Below, piece by piece: positions 32,154-40,000 of a stretch of 40,000 bases of DNA. Position 1 is the first letter of the stretch; each line of letters starts with the position of its first letter. The translations under genes and the position numbers were made by a program. The stretch spans positions 84,969 to 124,968 of the forward strand of contig NZ_QWGG01000008.1 of NCBI RefSeq assembly GCF_003730195.1, in the 5' to 3' direction. The notes under the pieces were generated by a model that made no database searches, had not been told where the DNA came from, and saw nothing but the letters and a program-made list of their open reading frames with translations. The DNA is from Halosimplex salinum. GTDB lineage: Archaea > Halobacteriota > Halobacteria > Halobacteriales > Haloarculaceae.

Positions 32154-33235
32154 GTCCCGACGACGCGGACGGGGCGAACGACGAACCGGTCGACGACGGC
32201 ACCGTCGACACCGACGCGTACAGCGACGTGTGGGTGTTCGTCGAGGAACACGACGGCGACGTGATGACCGTCTCGTGGGAGCTGCTCGCCGAGGCGCGCG
32301 GACTGGCCGACGACCTCGGCGAGGACCTCGTCGCGCTCGTGATCGGCGAAGACGTCGACGACGTGGCCGGAGAGGCTATCGAACGCGGGGCCGACAGAGC
32401 GCTGGTCGCCGACGACCCGGTGTTCGAGCCGTACCGGGCAGACCCCTACGGCGAGCAGTTCCGCGCGCTCGTCGAGGAACGCCGGCCCGCGATCGTCCTC
32501 ATCGGTGGCACGCACACCGGCCGCGACTTCGCCGGGCGGGTCGCCGTCCCGGCCCACGCCGGGCTGACCGCCGACTGCACCGAACTGGGCGTCGACGACG
32601 ACGGCCTCCTGGAGGCGCGCCGACCGGCCTTCGGCGGCAACGTCCTCGCGACCATCGTCTGTGCGGACCACCGACCGCAGATGGCGACCGTCAGGCCGGG
32701 CGTCTTCGCGGCGGCGGCGCCGGACCCCGACAGAGCGGGGGCGGTCGAACAGGTCGACGTGGTCGTCGACGAGGCCGACACCGTGACCGAGGTCCGCGAG
32801 CGGGTCGTCGGCGACACCGCGGACATCACCGAGGCCGACCGGATCGTGGCCGCCGGCGGCGGTTGTAACGGCGACCTCTCCCCGGTCGAGGCGCTCGCCG
32901 ACGCGCTGGACGCCGACCTCGCCGCGAGCCGGAAGGCCGTCGACGAGGGGTGGGTCGACGGCTCGCGGCAGGTCGGCCAGACGGGCAAGACCGTCCGCCC
33001 GGATCTGTACGTCGCGGTCGGCATCTCCGGCGCCGTCCAGCACGTCGAGGGCATGAACGACAGCGACGTCGTCGTCGCGATCAACGACGACCCGAACGCG
33101 CCGATATTCGACCACGCCGACTACGGCATCGTCGGCGACCTCTTCGAGGTCTGTCCCGCTCTCGCCGAGCGAGTCCGGGACGGTGAGGCGCTAGCCGGGT
33201 CGGAGGCAGACATCGAACCGGAGGCACAGCGATGA
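32150..33235 (+). CDS. etfA: Electron transfer flavoprotein alpha subunit (FixB)
   Basis: ATGA overlap with etfB. The C-terminal FAD-binding blocks are GQTGKTVRPDLYVAVGISGAVQH and VVVAINDDPNAPIF. Confidence 0.9.
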   Translation: MSPDDADGANDEPVDDGTVDTDAYSDVWVFVEEHDGDVMTVSWELLAEARGLADDLGEDLVALVIGEDVDDVAGEAIERGADRALVADDPVFEPYRADPYGEQFRALVEERRPAIVLIGGTHTGRDFAGRVAVPAHAGLTADCTELGVDDDGLLEARRPAFGGNVLATIVCADHRPQMATVRPGVFAAAAPDPDRAGAVEQVDVVVDEADTVTEVRERVVGDTADITEADRIVAAGGGCNGDLSPVEALADALDADLAASRKAVDEGWVDGSRQVGQTGKTVRPDLYVAVGISGAVQHVEGMNDSDVVVAINDDPNAPIFDHADYGIVGDLFEVCPALAERVRDGEALAGSEADIEPEAQR

Positions 33236-34629
33236 CCGAAACCGCACCCGAGACCGACACCGACGGGAGCACCGACCGGATCGACCTGACCGACCGCGAC
33301 ACCGCGACGCCGGACTACGACGACGCCTTCGACGCGGTCGTCGTCGGCGCCGGGCTCGCCGGGAGTACGGCCGCGCTGACGATGGCCGACGAGGGGCTCG
33401 ACGTGTTGCTCGTCGAGCGCGGCCGCTATCCCGGGGCGAAGAACGTCTTCGGCGGCGTGCTCTACACGCCGACGCTCCGGCAGCTCGTCGACGTCGACGC
33501 GGCGCCCCTGGAGCGGTACATCGCCGAACGGCGCTTCGGGATGCTCTCCGACGAGGACGAGACCGCCGTCTCGATCAGTCCGGGCGAGTGGCACGACCCG
33601 CCGCACAACGACTCCTACACCGTCCTCCGCGGCGAGTTCGACGAGTGGCTCGCCGAGCAGGCCGTCGAGGCCGGCGCGACGCTGGTCACCCGGACGACCG
33701 TCACCGGCCTGCTCCGCGAGGGCGACCGGGTCGTCGGCATCGAGACCGACCGGCCCGACGGGACGATCCGCGCCCCGTACGTCGTCCTCGCGGAGGGCGG
33801 CAACTCGCTGGTGAGCGAGGGCGCCGACCTCAAGGAGAAAGACCGCCGCGAGAACGTCGCGGTCGGCGTCAAGGAGGTGCTGGAGTTCCCCGAGCGCGAG
33901 CACGCCATCGAGGACCGATTCCGGCTCACCGGCGACGCCGGCGTCTCGTATCACTACTTCGGCGAAGGCGCCGTCGGCGACGCCTTCGGCGGCGGGTTCA
34001 TCTACACCAACGGCGACACCGTCAGCGTCGGGCTGGCCTACCGGCTCTCGGACGCCGCGACGTCCCAGCCCGACCCCGAGGGAACGCTCAACGCCTTCAA
34101 GACGCATCCGGCGGTCGCGCCGCTGTTGCGCGGCGCTCGCACCGTCGAGTACACGGCCAAGACCATCCCCGAGGGCGGCGCCGACGAGATCCCCGAACTC
34201 GTCCACGACGGCGCGGTGATCGTCGGCGACGCGGCGGGGCTCGTCCTCAACAACGGGCTCCACCTCGAGGGGACCAACATGGCCGTCGAGAGCGGGTATC
34301 ACGCCGCCAACGCCGTGGCGTCGGCCGCCCAGCGGGGTCGGACCGACGCGGACGCGCTCGCCGCCTACCGCGAGGACCTCGAATCGTCGTTCGTCGTCGA
34401 GAACCTGGAGCGCTACGAGTGGCTGATCGAGCGCGTCCAGGCGGACCGGGAACTCCTCTTCGAGGAGCTCCCGCGGGCGGTCGCCGACGCCGGCAGCGAG
34501 TACTTCAGGATGGACAGGGCGCCGAAAGACCAGCACGCGTCGACGGCAAAGCGGGAGCTCCTGCGGGCCGTCGGCGGCTACACCGGGGCCGCGAAGCTCG
34601 CGGTCCGCTACCGCAAACTACTCTCATGA
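33232..34629 (+). CDS. fixC: FAD-dependent oxidoreductase FixC (ETF-quinone oxidoreductase-like)
   Basis: ATGA overlap with etfA. Motifs are DAVVVGAGLAGSTAAL and VIVGDAAGLV. The position between etfA and fixX fits. Confidence 0.85.
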   Translation: MTETAPETDTDGSTDRIDLTDRDTATPDYDDAFDAVVVGAGLAGSTAALTMADEGLDVLLVERGRYPGAKNVFGGVLYTPTLRQLVDVDAAPLERYIAERRFGMLSDEDETAVSISPGEWHDPPHNDSYTVLRGEFDEWLAEQAVEAGATLVTRTTVTGLLREGDRVVGIETDRPDGTIRAPYVVLAEGGNSLVSEGADLKEKDRRENVAVGVKEVLEFPEREHAIEDRFRLTGDAGVSYHYFGEGAVGDAFGGGFIYTNGDTVSVGLAYRLSDAATSQPDPEGTLNAFKTHPAVAPLLRGARTVEYTAKTIPEGGADEIPELVHDGAVIVGDAAGLVLNNGLHLEGTNMAVESGYHAANAVASAAQRGRTDADALAAYREDLESSFVVENLERYEWLIERVQADRELLFEELPRAVADAGSEYFRMDRAPKDQHASTAKRELLRAVGGYTGAAKLAVRYRKLLS

Positions 34630-34940
34630 GCGTCGAACCAGGCATCCCGACCGTCGACAACGAATCGATCGAAGACCGCCTCTACACCGTCAAGTACGAG
34701 GACCCCGGCGACTCCCACCTCGACGTGACGATCCCCGGGATCTGCGCCGAGAAGTGCGTCACGACCGACTGCGTGAAGGTCTGTCCCGCGGACGTGTGGC
34801 GCGAGGGCGAGGACGGCGTGCCGAACATCGCCTACGAGAACTGCCTCGAGTGCGGGAGCTGTCGGTGGGCCTGCCCACACGGCAACGTCGAGTGGGAGTA
34901 CCCCGACACCGGCGCCGGCGTCACGTACAAGAACGGGTGA
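34626..34940 (+). CDS. fixX: Ferredoxin-like protein FixX
   Basis: ATGA overlap with fixC. 104 aa with Cys clusters CAEKCVTTDCVKVCP and CLECGSCRWACP. Confidence 0.85.
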   Translation: MSVEPGIPTVDNESIEDRLYTVKYEDPGDSHLDVTIPGICAEKCVTTDCVKVCPADVWREGEDGVPNIAYENCLECGSCRWACPHGNVEWEYPDTGAGVTYKNG

Positions 34941-34965
34941 GGGAGTTACCCGCTTTCACAAACGC

Positions 34966-35148
34966 ATGACTCCGAACTGGTACTGTCTCGACTGCGGGAC
35001 GGGCATCGAGTTCCGGGAGAGCCGACGTCACGCGACCGCCGGGCATCACATCTACGGGATGCTCGCGTCGGTCTCGTCGCCGTCCACGGCGATTCGACGA
35101 CGCGACCGCGAGACGGCGATCCGACCGGTCCGCGGTGCCGACGAGTGA
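34966..35148 (+). CDS. Small putative zinc-binding protein (60 aa)
   Basis: Starts 25 nt after fixX with coding-like third-position bias. It has CLDCG plus HATAGHH (a possible C2H2-type site). A GAACGG-N12-CCGTTC hairpin follows. Confidence 0.35.
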   Translation: MTPNWYCLDCGTGIEFRESRRHATAGHHIYGMLASVSSPSTAIRRRDRETAIRPVRGADE

Positions 35149-35242
35149 GGCGGTCCCACCGCGAACGGATCGGCGTCGACCCGTTCTCAGACAGCAGGAA
35201 TCACAGCGACTCGTATACGAACCGGCTCGGTAGCGTCGTTCG

Positions 35243-35737
35243 ATGGCATCACAGTTGACTCGGCGACGGGCGCTCCGACTCGGCACCACCGTCGGAGTGC
35301 TCGGCGTCGCGGGCTGTCTCGGGGCGTCGGGGACCGATTCGCGGGAGAGCGACGACCCGCTCCCGGTGGACGACGCACAGCAGTACAGTTCGCCCGGCTG
35401 CGCCTGCTGTGAGCAGTATGCGTCGTACCTAGACGGATACGTCCGCGGGAACCTCTCCGAGACCGTTCCCGACGATGTGGCCGCGACGAAACGCGAACAC
35501 GGGATCCCGGCCGACCTCCGGAGCTGTCACACGGTCGTTCTCGACGAGTACGTCGTCGAAGGACACGTCCCCGTCGCGGCCATCGCGACACTCCTCGACG
35601 ACGAACCGGCGGTCGACGGGATCGCCCTCCCGGGGATGCCCCGGGGGTCGCCCGGGATGCGTGGCGAGACCGACGGCCCGCTCACGATATACGTCGTCGA
35701 CGGCGACCGCTCCGGGCGCGTGTACGCCGAACTCTGA
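35243..35737 (+). CDS. CopG/DUF411-family metal (copper)-binding lipoprotein with Tat signal
   Basis: TRRRALRLGTTVGVLGVAGC (Tat + lipobox), the CxCC motif SPGCACCEQY, and later CHTVV, GHVP and PGMPxGSPGM blocks characteristic of DUF411. Confidence 0.8.
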   Translation: MASQLTRRRALRLGTTVGVLGVAGCLGASGTDSRESDDPLPVDDAQQYSSPGCACCEQYASYLDGYVRGNLSETVPDDVAATKREHGIPADLRSCHTVVLDEYVVEGHVPVAAIATLLDDEPAVDGIALPGMPRGSPGMRGETDGPLTIYVVDGDRSGRVYAEL

Positions 35738-35912
35738 CGTCCTCCGTCGCCAAACTCGGGGGCGCTCGCCGCGAACCGCCACGCGATTCACCCGGACTGG
35801 GCCGACACGAGGCCGGAAGCGGCTTCAGTGTGACTTGCCACCACACCGCTCTCAGTTCTCGAGAACCGCCGCCGGACGTATTGCTCCCGTGTTCGTCGGT
35901 ACATGTAGAGCG

Positions 35913-36380
35913 ATGCCTCCGAACGAACTAGAGCGGATCGGGATCAGCCGGATGGCGGAGCGCGAGATCGACGCGTTCCTCTCGAGCCAGGGCGTCGGCG
36001 TCCTCGGACTGCCCGCCGAAGACGGTCCGTACCTCGTCCCGATATCGTTCGGGTTCGACGGTCGCGACGCCCTCTATTTCACGTTCGTCTCGGGCGCGAA
36101 GAGCCGGAAGCGGGACCTGAGCGAGCGGTCGGACTGCGCCAGGTTCCTCGTGTACAGGGCCCCGACACCGTTCTCCTGGCAGAGCGTGGTCCTCTCGGGG
36201 TCGGTCGACCCGGTCCCGGACCCCGACCTGTCGGACCTCGACGACGTCATGGACAACGCGTGGCATCCCGAGGTGTTCGACGTGGCGGTCTCGGACGACA
36301 GCATCTCGGTCTACCGCTTCGACATCGAGACGAAAGCGGGCCGCAAACAGACCGGGCTCCCGCCCGGTTTCGAGGCGTGA
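35913..36380 (+). CDS. Pyridoxamine 5'-phosphate oxidase-family (split-barrel flavin-binding) protein
   Basis: Internal ATG 35913 of the 35475 ORF. EIDAFLSSQGVGVLGLPAEDGPYLVPISFGFDGRDALYF is typical of this family. Confidence 0.7.
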   Translation: MPPNELERIGISRMAEREIDAFLSSQGVGVLGLPAEDGPYLVPISFGFDGRDALYFTFVSGAKSRKRDLSERSDCARFLVYRAPTPFSWQSVVLSGSVDPVPDPDLSDLDDVMDNAWHPEVFDVAVSDDSISVYRFDIETKAGRKQTGLPPGFEA

Positions 36381-36493
36381 CCGGTTCGGAGTCGGTCGCT
36401 CCTCGAAGCGGTCGGCCGGAGCGAAGCGGTGTAGACGGCCGAGACGTGGGTCGTCCAGCAGTATTAACCACTCCGCTGCCGAACCACGGACAG

Positions 36494-36784
36494 ATGACCA
36501 CCCTTCGCCGCGTGACGCTCGACGTGCTGAAACCCCACGACCCGCCGCTGCTCGAGTTCACCGAGCGGATCGCGGGCGTCGAGTCCGTCGACGGCGTCGC
36601 GTCGTCGCTCATCGAACTCGACCAGGAGGTACAGAACGTCAAACTGACCCTCGAGGGCGACGGACTGGACTACGCGGCCATCGAGGAGTCGATCGCCGAA
36701 CTCGGCGGGACGATCCACTCGGTCGACCAGGCCGCCTACGGCGAGTACGTCGTCGAAGAGCGACGGACGCTGCAGGACGAGTGA
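36494..36784 (+). CDS. DUF211 domain-containing protein
   Basis: ATG 36494 with a TATA-like agtattaac about 30 nt upstream. LRRVTLDVLKPHDPPLLEF ... GGTIHSVDQ is the conserved DUF211 pattern. Confidence 0.8.
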   Translation: MTTLRRVTLDVLKPHDPPLLEFTERIAGVESVDGVASSLIELDQEVQNVKLTLEGDGLDYAAIEESIAELGGTIHSVDQAAYGEYVVEERRTLQDE

Positions 36785-36790
36785 GCAGTC

Positions 36791-37372
36791 GTGTCCTCGA
36801 AAGTCCGACTCCTGCGGTCGCTCCTCGGGCGGGAGGACGTTCGCTCGATCTCCCGGCGATACTTCGTCTCGAACGGGTTCGACGGGACGCTGACGAGCGT
36901 CGGCGTCATCGTCGGGTCGGTCCTGTCGGGCGTCCCCGACGGGGTCACCGTCGTCAAGATCGGTATGGGCGCCGCGATCGGGCTCGGGACGTCGGCGGTC
37001 TGGAGCGTCTGGGAGATCGAACGCGCCGAGACGAAAGCCGAGATCCTCCGGATAGAAGCGGCGATGCTGACCGACCTCGACGACACGCGCGTCGAGCGCG
37101 AGCAGCGGGGAGCGCGCGTGATCCACGCGACGGCCAGCGGGCTCGGCCCGCTCATCGGCGTCCTCGTCCCGCTCGTCCCGTTCCTGTTCGAGGGCACCGT
37201 CTTCACTCTGGCCGAGGCGGGCGTCGCGGGGGTCGGGCTCGGGATCGGCGTGCTCGCCGTCTTCGGCGCCTACATGGGCTCTATCTCGGGCCAGCGGTGG
37301 TACGTGTCCGCGGCCCGGATGGGACTGGCCGGCCTCGTCGTCGCCCTGCTCAACCTCTTTCTGCCCGGCTAG
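36791..37372 (+). CDS. VIT1/CCC1-like membrane protein (usual DUF211 partner)
   Basis: GTG start 6 nt after the DUF211 stop. RRYFVSNGFDGTLTSVGVIVG plus C-terminal TM helices. Confidence 0.7.
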   Translation: MSSKVRLLRSLLGREDVRSISRRYFVSNGFDGTLTSVGVIVGSVLSGVPDGVTVVKIGMGAAIGLGTSAVWSVWEIERAETKAEILRIEAAMLTDLDDTRVEREQRGARVIHATASGLGPLIGVLVPLVPFLFEGTVFTLAEAGVAGVGLGIGVLAVFGAYMGSISGQRWYVSAARMGLAGLVVALLNLFLPG

Positions 37373-37401
37373 CGGTCGCGCGAGTCGCGCGCCCTCGATC
37401 C

Positions 37402-40000
37402 TCAGTCGACCTGGGCCTCCGGCGAGTCGTCCGTCCGGGGCGGACTCACCGTCTCGCGACCGCCGGCTCCGTGGCGCTTCACGAGCCAGCCGACGACCAC
37501 CAGCACCGGCGCGCCCACGACGAGCACGACGCCGAGCAGCGCCCAGTCGGCGACGCCGAGCGGGACGGTGCCGAAGTAGTCGTTCAGCGGCGTGTAGAGG
37601 ACGGCGAGCTGGAGCGCCAGTGACGCCGCCACGGCGGCAGCGAGCCAGGGGTTCGTCAGCGCGGGCGTCCCCCTCGTCCACCGGACGACGTACAGCTTGA
37701 CGAACTCGAAGACGACGAGCCCGGTGAACACCATCGTCATGGCGTACGGCGTGACCGTCGGCGCGCCGTCGAGCGTGTAGAACAGCAGCCCGAGCAACAG
37801 GGCCGTGGCGGTCAGCCCCGCCCCGCCGACGAAGCCGAGCATCTGTGTGTCGATGATCCCGGCGGCCCGGTCTCGGGGGTCCCGGTCCATCACGTCCCCG
37901 CCGGGGTCGGTTCCGAGCGCGAGTGCCGGCAGGCCGTCCGTGAGCAGATTGATCCACAGCAGCTGGACCGCCGGGAGGACGAGATAGCCGTACAGCGACG
38001 CGACGAAGACGATCGCGACCTCCGCGGCGTTGGCGCTGAGCAGGTACGCGACGAACTTCCAGACGTTGTCGAAGATGGTCCGCCCCCGTCCGATCGCCGT
38101 GCGGATCGACGCGTAGTTGTCGTCCAGCAGGACGATGTCGCTGGCCTGTTTGGCGACGTCGGTCCCCCGAATGCCCATGGCGATCCCCACGTCCGCGTTT
38201 TTCAGCGCCGGCGCGTCGTTGACCCCGTCGCCCGTCATCGCCACGGCGTTCCCGTTCGCCTGCAGCGCCTCCAGGATCCGGACCTTGTGGGCCGGTTCGG
38301 CCCGCGCGAACACGTCGATCTCGGCGACGCGCTCGCGGAGCGTCTCGTCGTCCATCCCCTCGACGTCCCGCCCGGTGAGCACGTCCGACTCGATACCGAC
38401 CGCTCCGGCGACGGCCCGCGCCGTCACCGCGTTGTCGCCGGTGATCATCTTCACCTCGATGCCCGCCCGGTGCGTGTCCTCGATCGCGTCGCGGACCTCC
38501 GGGCGCGGCGGATCGAGCAGGCCCTGGAGGCCGACGAACACGAGGTTCTCCTCCGGACCGCCGTCGTCGTCCCGTTGCTTGTACGCGAACCCGAGGACGC
38601 GCAGCGCGTCCGACGCGAACTCGTCGACCTGCGCCTCGATAACGTCGCGGGTCTCCCCGTCCAGTTCGACCGGCCCGTCCGGCCCGAGCACCCGAGTCGA
38701 CCGTTCGAGGACGACGGTGGGGGCGCCCTTCACGTAGACGACGTCGTCGTGGATCGTCGCCATGCGCTTGCGCTCCGACGCGAACGGCACCTCGTCGCGT
38801 CGCGGCCGGGACTCCCGACAGGCCGCGACGTCCAGTCCGTGGTCGGCCGCGGCGGTGACGAGGGCTCGTTCCGTCGGGTCGCCCTCGTCGGCGGTCGCGT
38901 CGTTACACACCGCACCGATCTCGAACAGGCGGTCCAGGCGGTCGTCGTCGACTCCCCCGCCGACCGGCACGACCCGGTCGCGGATCCACGTCCGCTGGAC
39001 GCGCATCTCGCCCTCGGTCAGCGTCCCGGTCTTGTCGGTACAGACGACGTCGACGGCACCGAGCGCCTCGACCGCCGGGAGCGTGCGGACGAGCGCGTTC
39101 TCGTCGGCCATGCGGCGGACGCCCAGCGCGAGCGTCAGCGTGACGACGGCCGGGAGGCCCTCGGGAACCGCCGCGACCGCCAGTGAGACGGCGGTCAACC
39201 CCGCCTGAACGGCCCCCCGACCGCCGACGAGGAGGAGCGTGACCACGACTGTCGAGAGCGCGACGACGCCGATCCCCAGCCGGCGACCAAGCCGATCCAG
39301 GTCGCGCTGGAGCGGAGTGCGGGAGTCCTCGGCCCCGATCAGCGCCGTCGCGATCTCGCCGACCTCCGTGTCCATCCCCGTCTCCACGACCACGGCGACG
39401 CCGCGGCCGCGGGTGACGCTCGTCCCCTTGTAGACCATGTTCTCGCGCTCGGCGAGGGGCGTCTCGGCCTCGACCGCGCCAACGGCCTTCACGACGGGGA
39501 CGCTCTCCCCGGTCAGCGTGGCCTCGTCCACCTCGAGAGAGTCCGCCTCGACGAGTCTCGCGTCGGCGGGGACCACGTCGCCCTGCCCCAGCAGGACGAT
39601 GTCGCCGGGGACCAGCGCGGTCGACTCGATCTCTCCGTCGGTTCCGGCCCGACGGACGGTGACGGCCGGCGTCGCCAGCTCGCGGAGCGCGTCGAGGCTC
39701 TGTTCGGCGCGATACTCCTGGACGAACCCGAACACCCCGTTCAGGAACAGGATGACGCCGATGAGGACCGCGTCGACGACCTGCCCGACCGCGACGGAGA
39801 GGACCGCCGCGACGATCAGGACCCAGATGAGGGCGCTCGAGAACTGGGCGACGAAGATCTCGAGCGGTCCTCGCCCGCGGTCGCCGCTGATCTCGTTCGG
39901 TCCGACCGATTCGCGACGTTTCTCCGCCGTCGTCGGCTCCAGTCCCGCCGCTGACGTGTCGAGTTCGTCGTATATCCGCTCGAGTGAACGCGTGTGCCAG
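37402..40000 (-). CDS. Cation-transporting P-type ATPase, P2 (SERCA/Ca2+-like) type; 5' end outside the window
   Basis: Motifs are CTDKTGTLT phosphorylation site, [15 protein letters not shown] and [12 protein letters not shown]. The reading frame stays open from 39735 to 40000 and encodes the typical N-terminal segment (GPNEISG..., [15 protein letters not shown]). Confidence 0.9.
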   Translation of the reverse strand, partial: WHTRSLERIYDELDTSAAGLEPTTAEKRRESVGPNEISGDRGRGPLEIFVAQFSSALIWVLIVAAVLSVAVGQVVDAVLIGVILFLNGVFGFVQEYRAEQSLDALRELATPAVTVRRAGTDGEIESTALVPGDIVLLGQGDVVPADARLVEADSLEVDEATLTGESVPVVKAVGAVEAETPLAERENMVYKGTSVTRGRGVAVVVETGMDTEVGEIATALIGAEDSRTPLQRDLDRLGRRLGIGVVALSTVVVTLLLVGGRGAVQAGLTAVSLAVAAVPEGLPAVVTLTLALGVRRMADENALVRTLPAVEALGAVDVVCTDKTGTLTEGEMRVQRTWIRDRVVPVGGGVDDDRLDRLFEIGAVCNDATADEGDPTERALVTAAADHGLDVAACRESRPRRDEVPFASERKRMATIHDDVVYVKGAPTVVLERSTRVLGPDGPVELDGETRDVIEAQVDEFASDALRVLGFAYKQRDDDGGPEENLVFVGLQGLLDPPRPEVRDAIEDTHRAGIEVKMITGDNAVTARAVAGAVGIESDVLTGRDVEGMDDETLRERVAEIDVFARAEPAHKVRILEALQANGNAVAMTGDGVNDAPALKNADVGIAMGIRGTDVAKQASDIVLLDDNYASIRTAIGRGRTIFDNVWKFVAYLLSANAAEVAIVFVASLYGYLVLPAVQLLWINLLTDGLPALALGTDPGGDVMDRDPRDRAAGIIDTQMLGFVGGAGLTATALLLGLLFYTLDGAPTVTPYAMTMVFTGLVVFEFVKLYVVRWTRGTPALTNPWLAAAVAASLALQLAVLYTPLNDYFGTVPLGVADWALLGVVLVVGAPVLVVVGWLVKRHGAGGRETVSPPRTDDSPEAQVD

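Overview
The window looks like a haloarchaeal (class Halobacteria) replicon. It is roughly two-thirds G+C, with strongly acidic predicted proteins and G/C-rich third codon positions. It also has Tat/lipobox signal peptides, a Bat-type PAS/GAF/HTH regulator, short AT-rich TATA-like islands about 30 nt upstream of start codons (leaderless style), and many ATGA/GTGA/TGATG start-stop overlaps. I can support about 45 protein-coding genes. I see no rRNA, tRNA, CRISPR array or intact mobile element. Neighbourhoods: (1) 0.2-9.5 kb is a dense sulfur-trafficking island. It holds TusA + SQR-like flavoprotein + DUF1641, a divergent TusA-DsrE pair, a rhodanese-MBL (persulfide-dioxygenase-like) fusion, split YeeE/YedE, a PiT-family permease, a small TrmB-type regulator, and thioredoxin + thioredoxin reductase + a coupled unknown CxC protein. 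(2) 9.6-14.1 kb holds DUF302, a zinc-ribbon wHTH regulator, an ABC-2 transporter, a small membrane protein and DoxX. (3) 14.3-23.3 kb holds an internally duplicated Ig-like repeat protein, three paralogues of the PBP-fold family usually auto-annotated as 4,5-dihydroxyphthalate decarboxylase, and a complete ABC importer. (4) 23.4-27.1 kb holds a transposase-like zinc-ribbon/HTH protein without a catalytic domain, a CoxG-like SRPBCC protein, two divergently transcribed paralogous Tat lipoproteins of unknown function, and Hsp20. (5) 27.2-30.6 kb is a very large Bat-type regulator. (6) 30.7-35.1 kb holds a wHTH regulator, small Cys proteins and fixABCX (etfBA-fixCX). (7) 35.2-40 kb is a metal-related set: CopG/DUF411 lipoprotein, PNPOx-family protein, DUF211 + VIT1-like pair, and a partial P-type ATPase. 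The best candidates for something undescribed are the cst-like sulfur island with shared promoter motifs, the Ig-repeat/PhtD-like/ABC locus, and the paralogous Tat-lipoprotein module. All calls come from reading motifs by eye; no database search or computation was possible.
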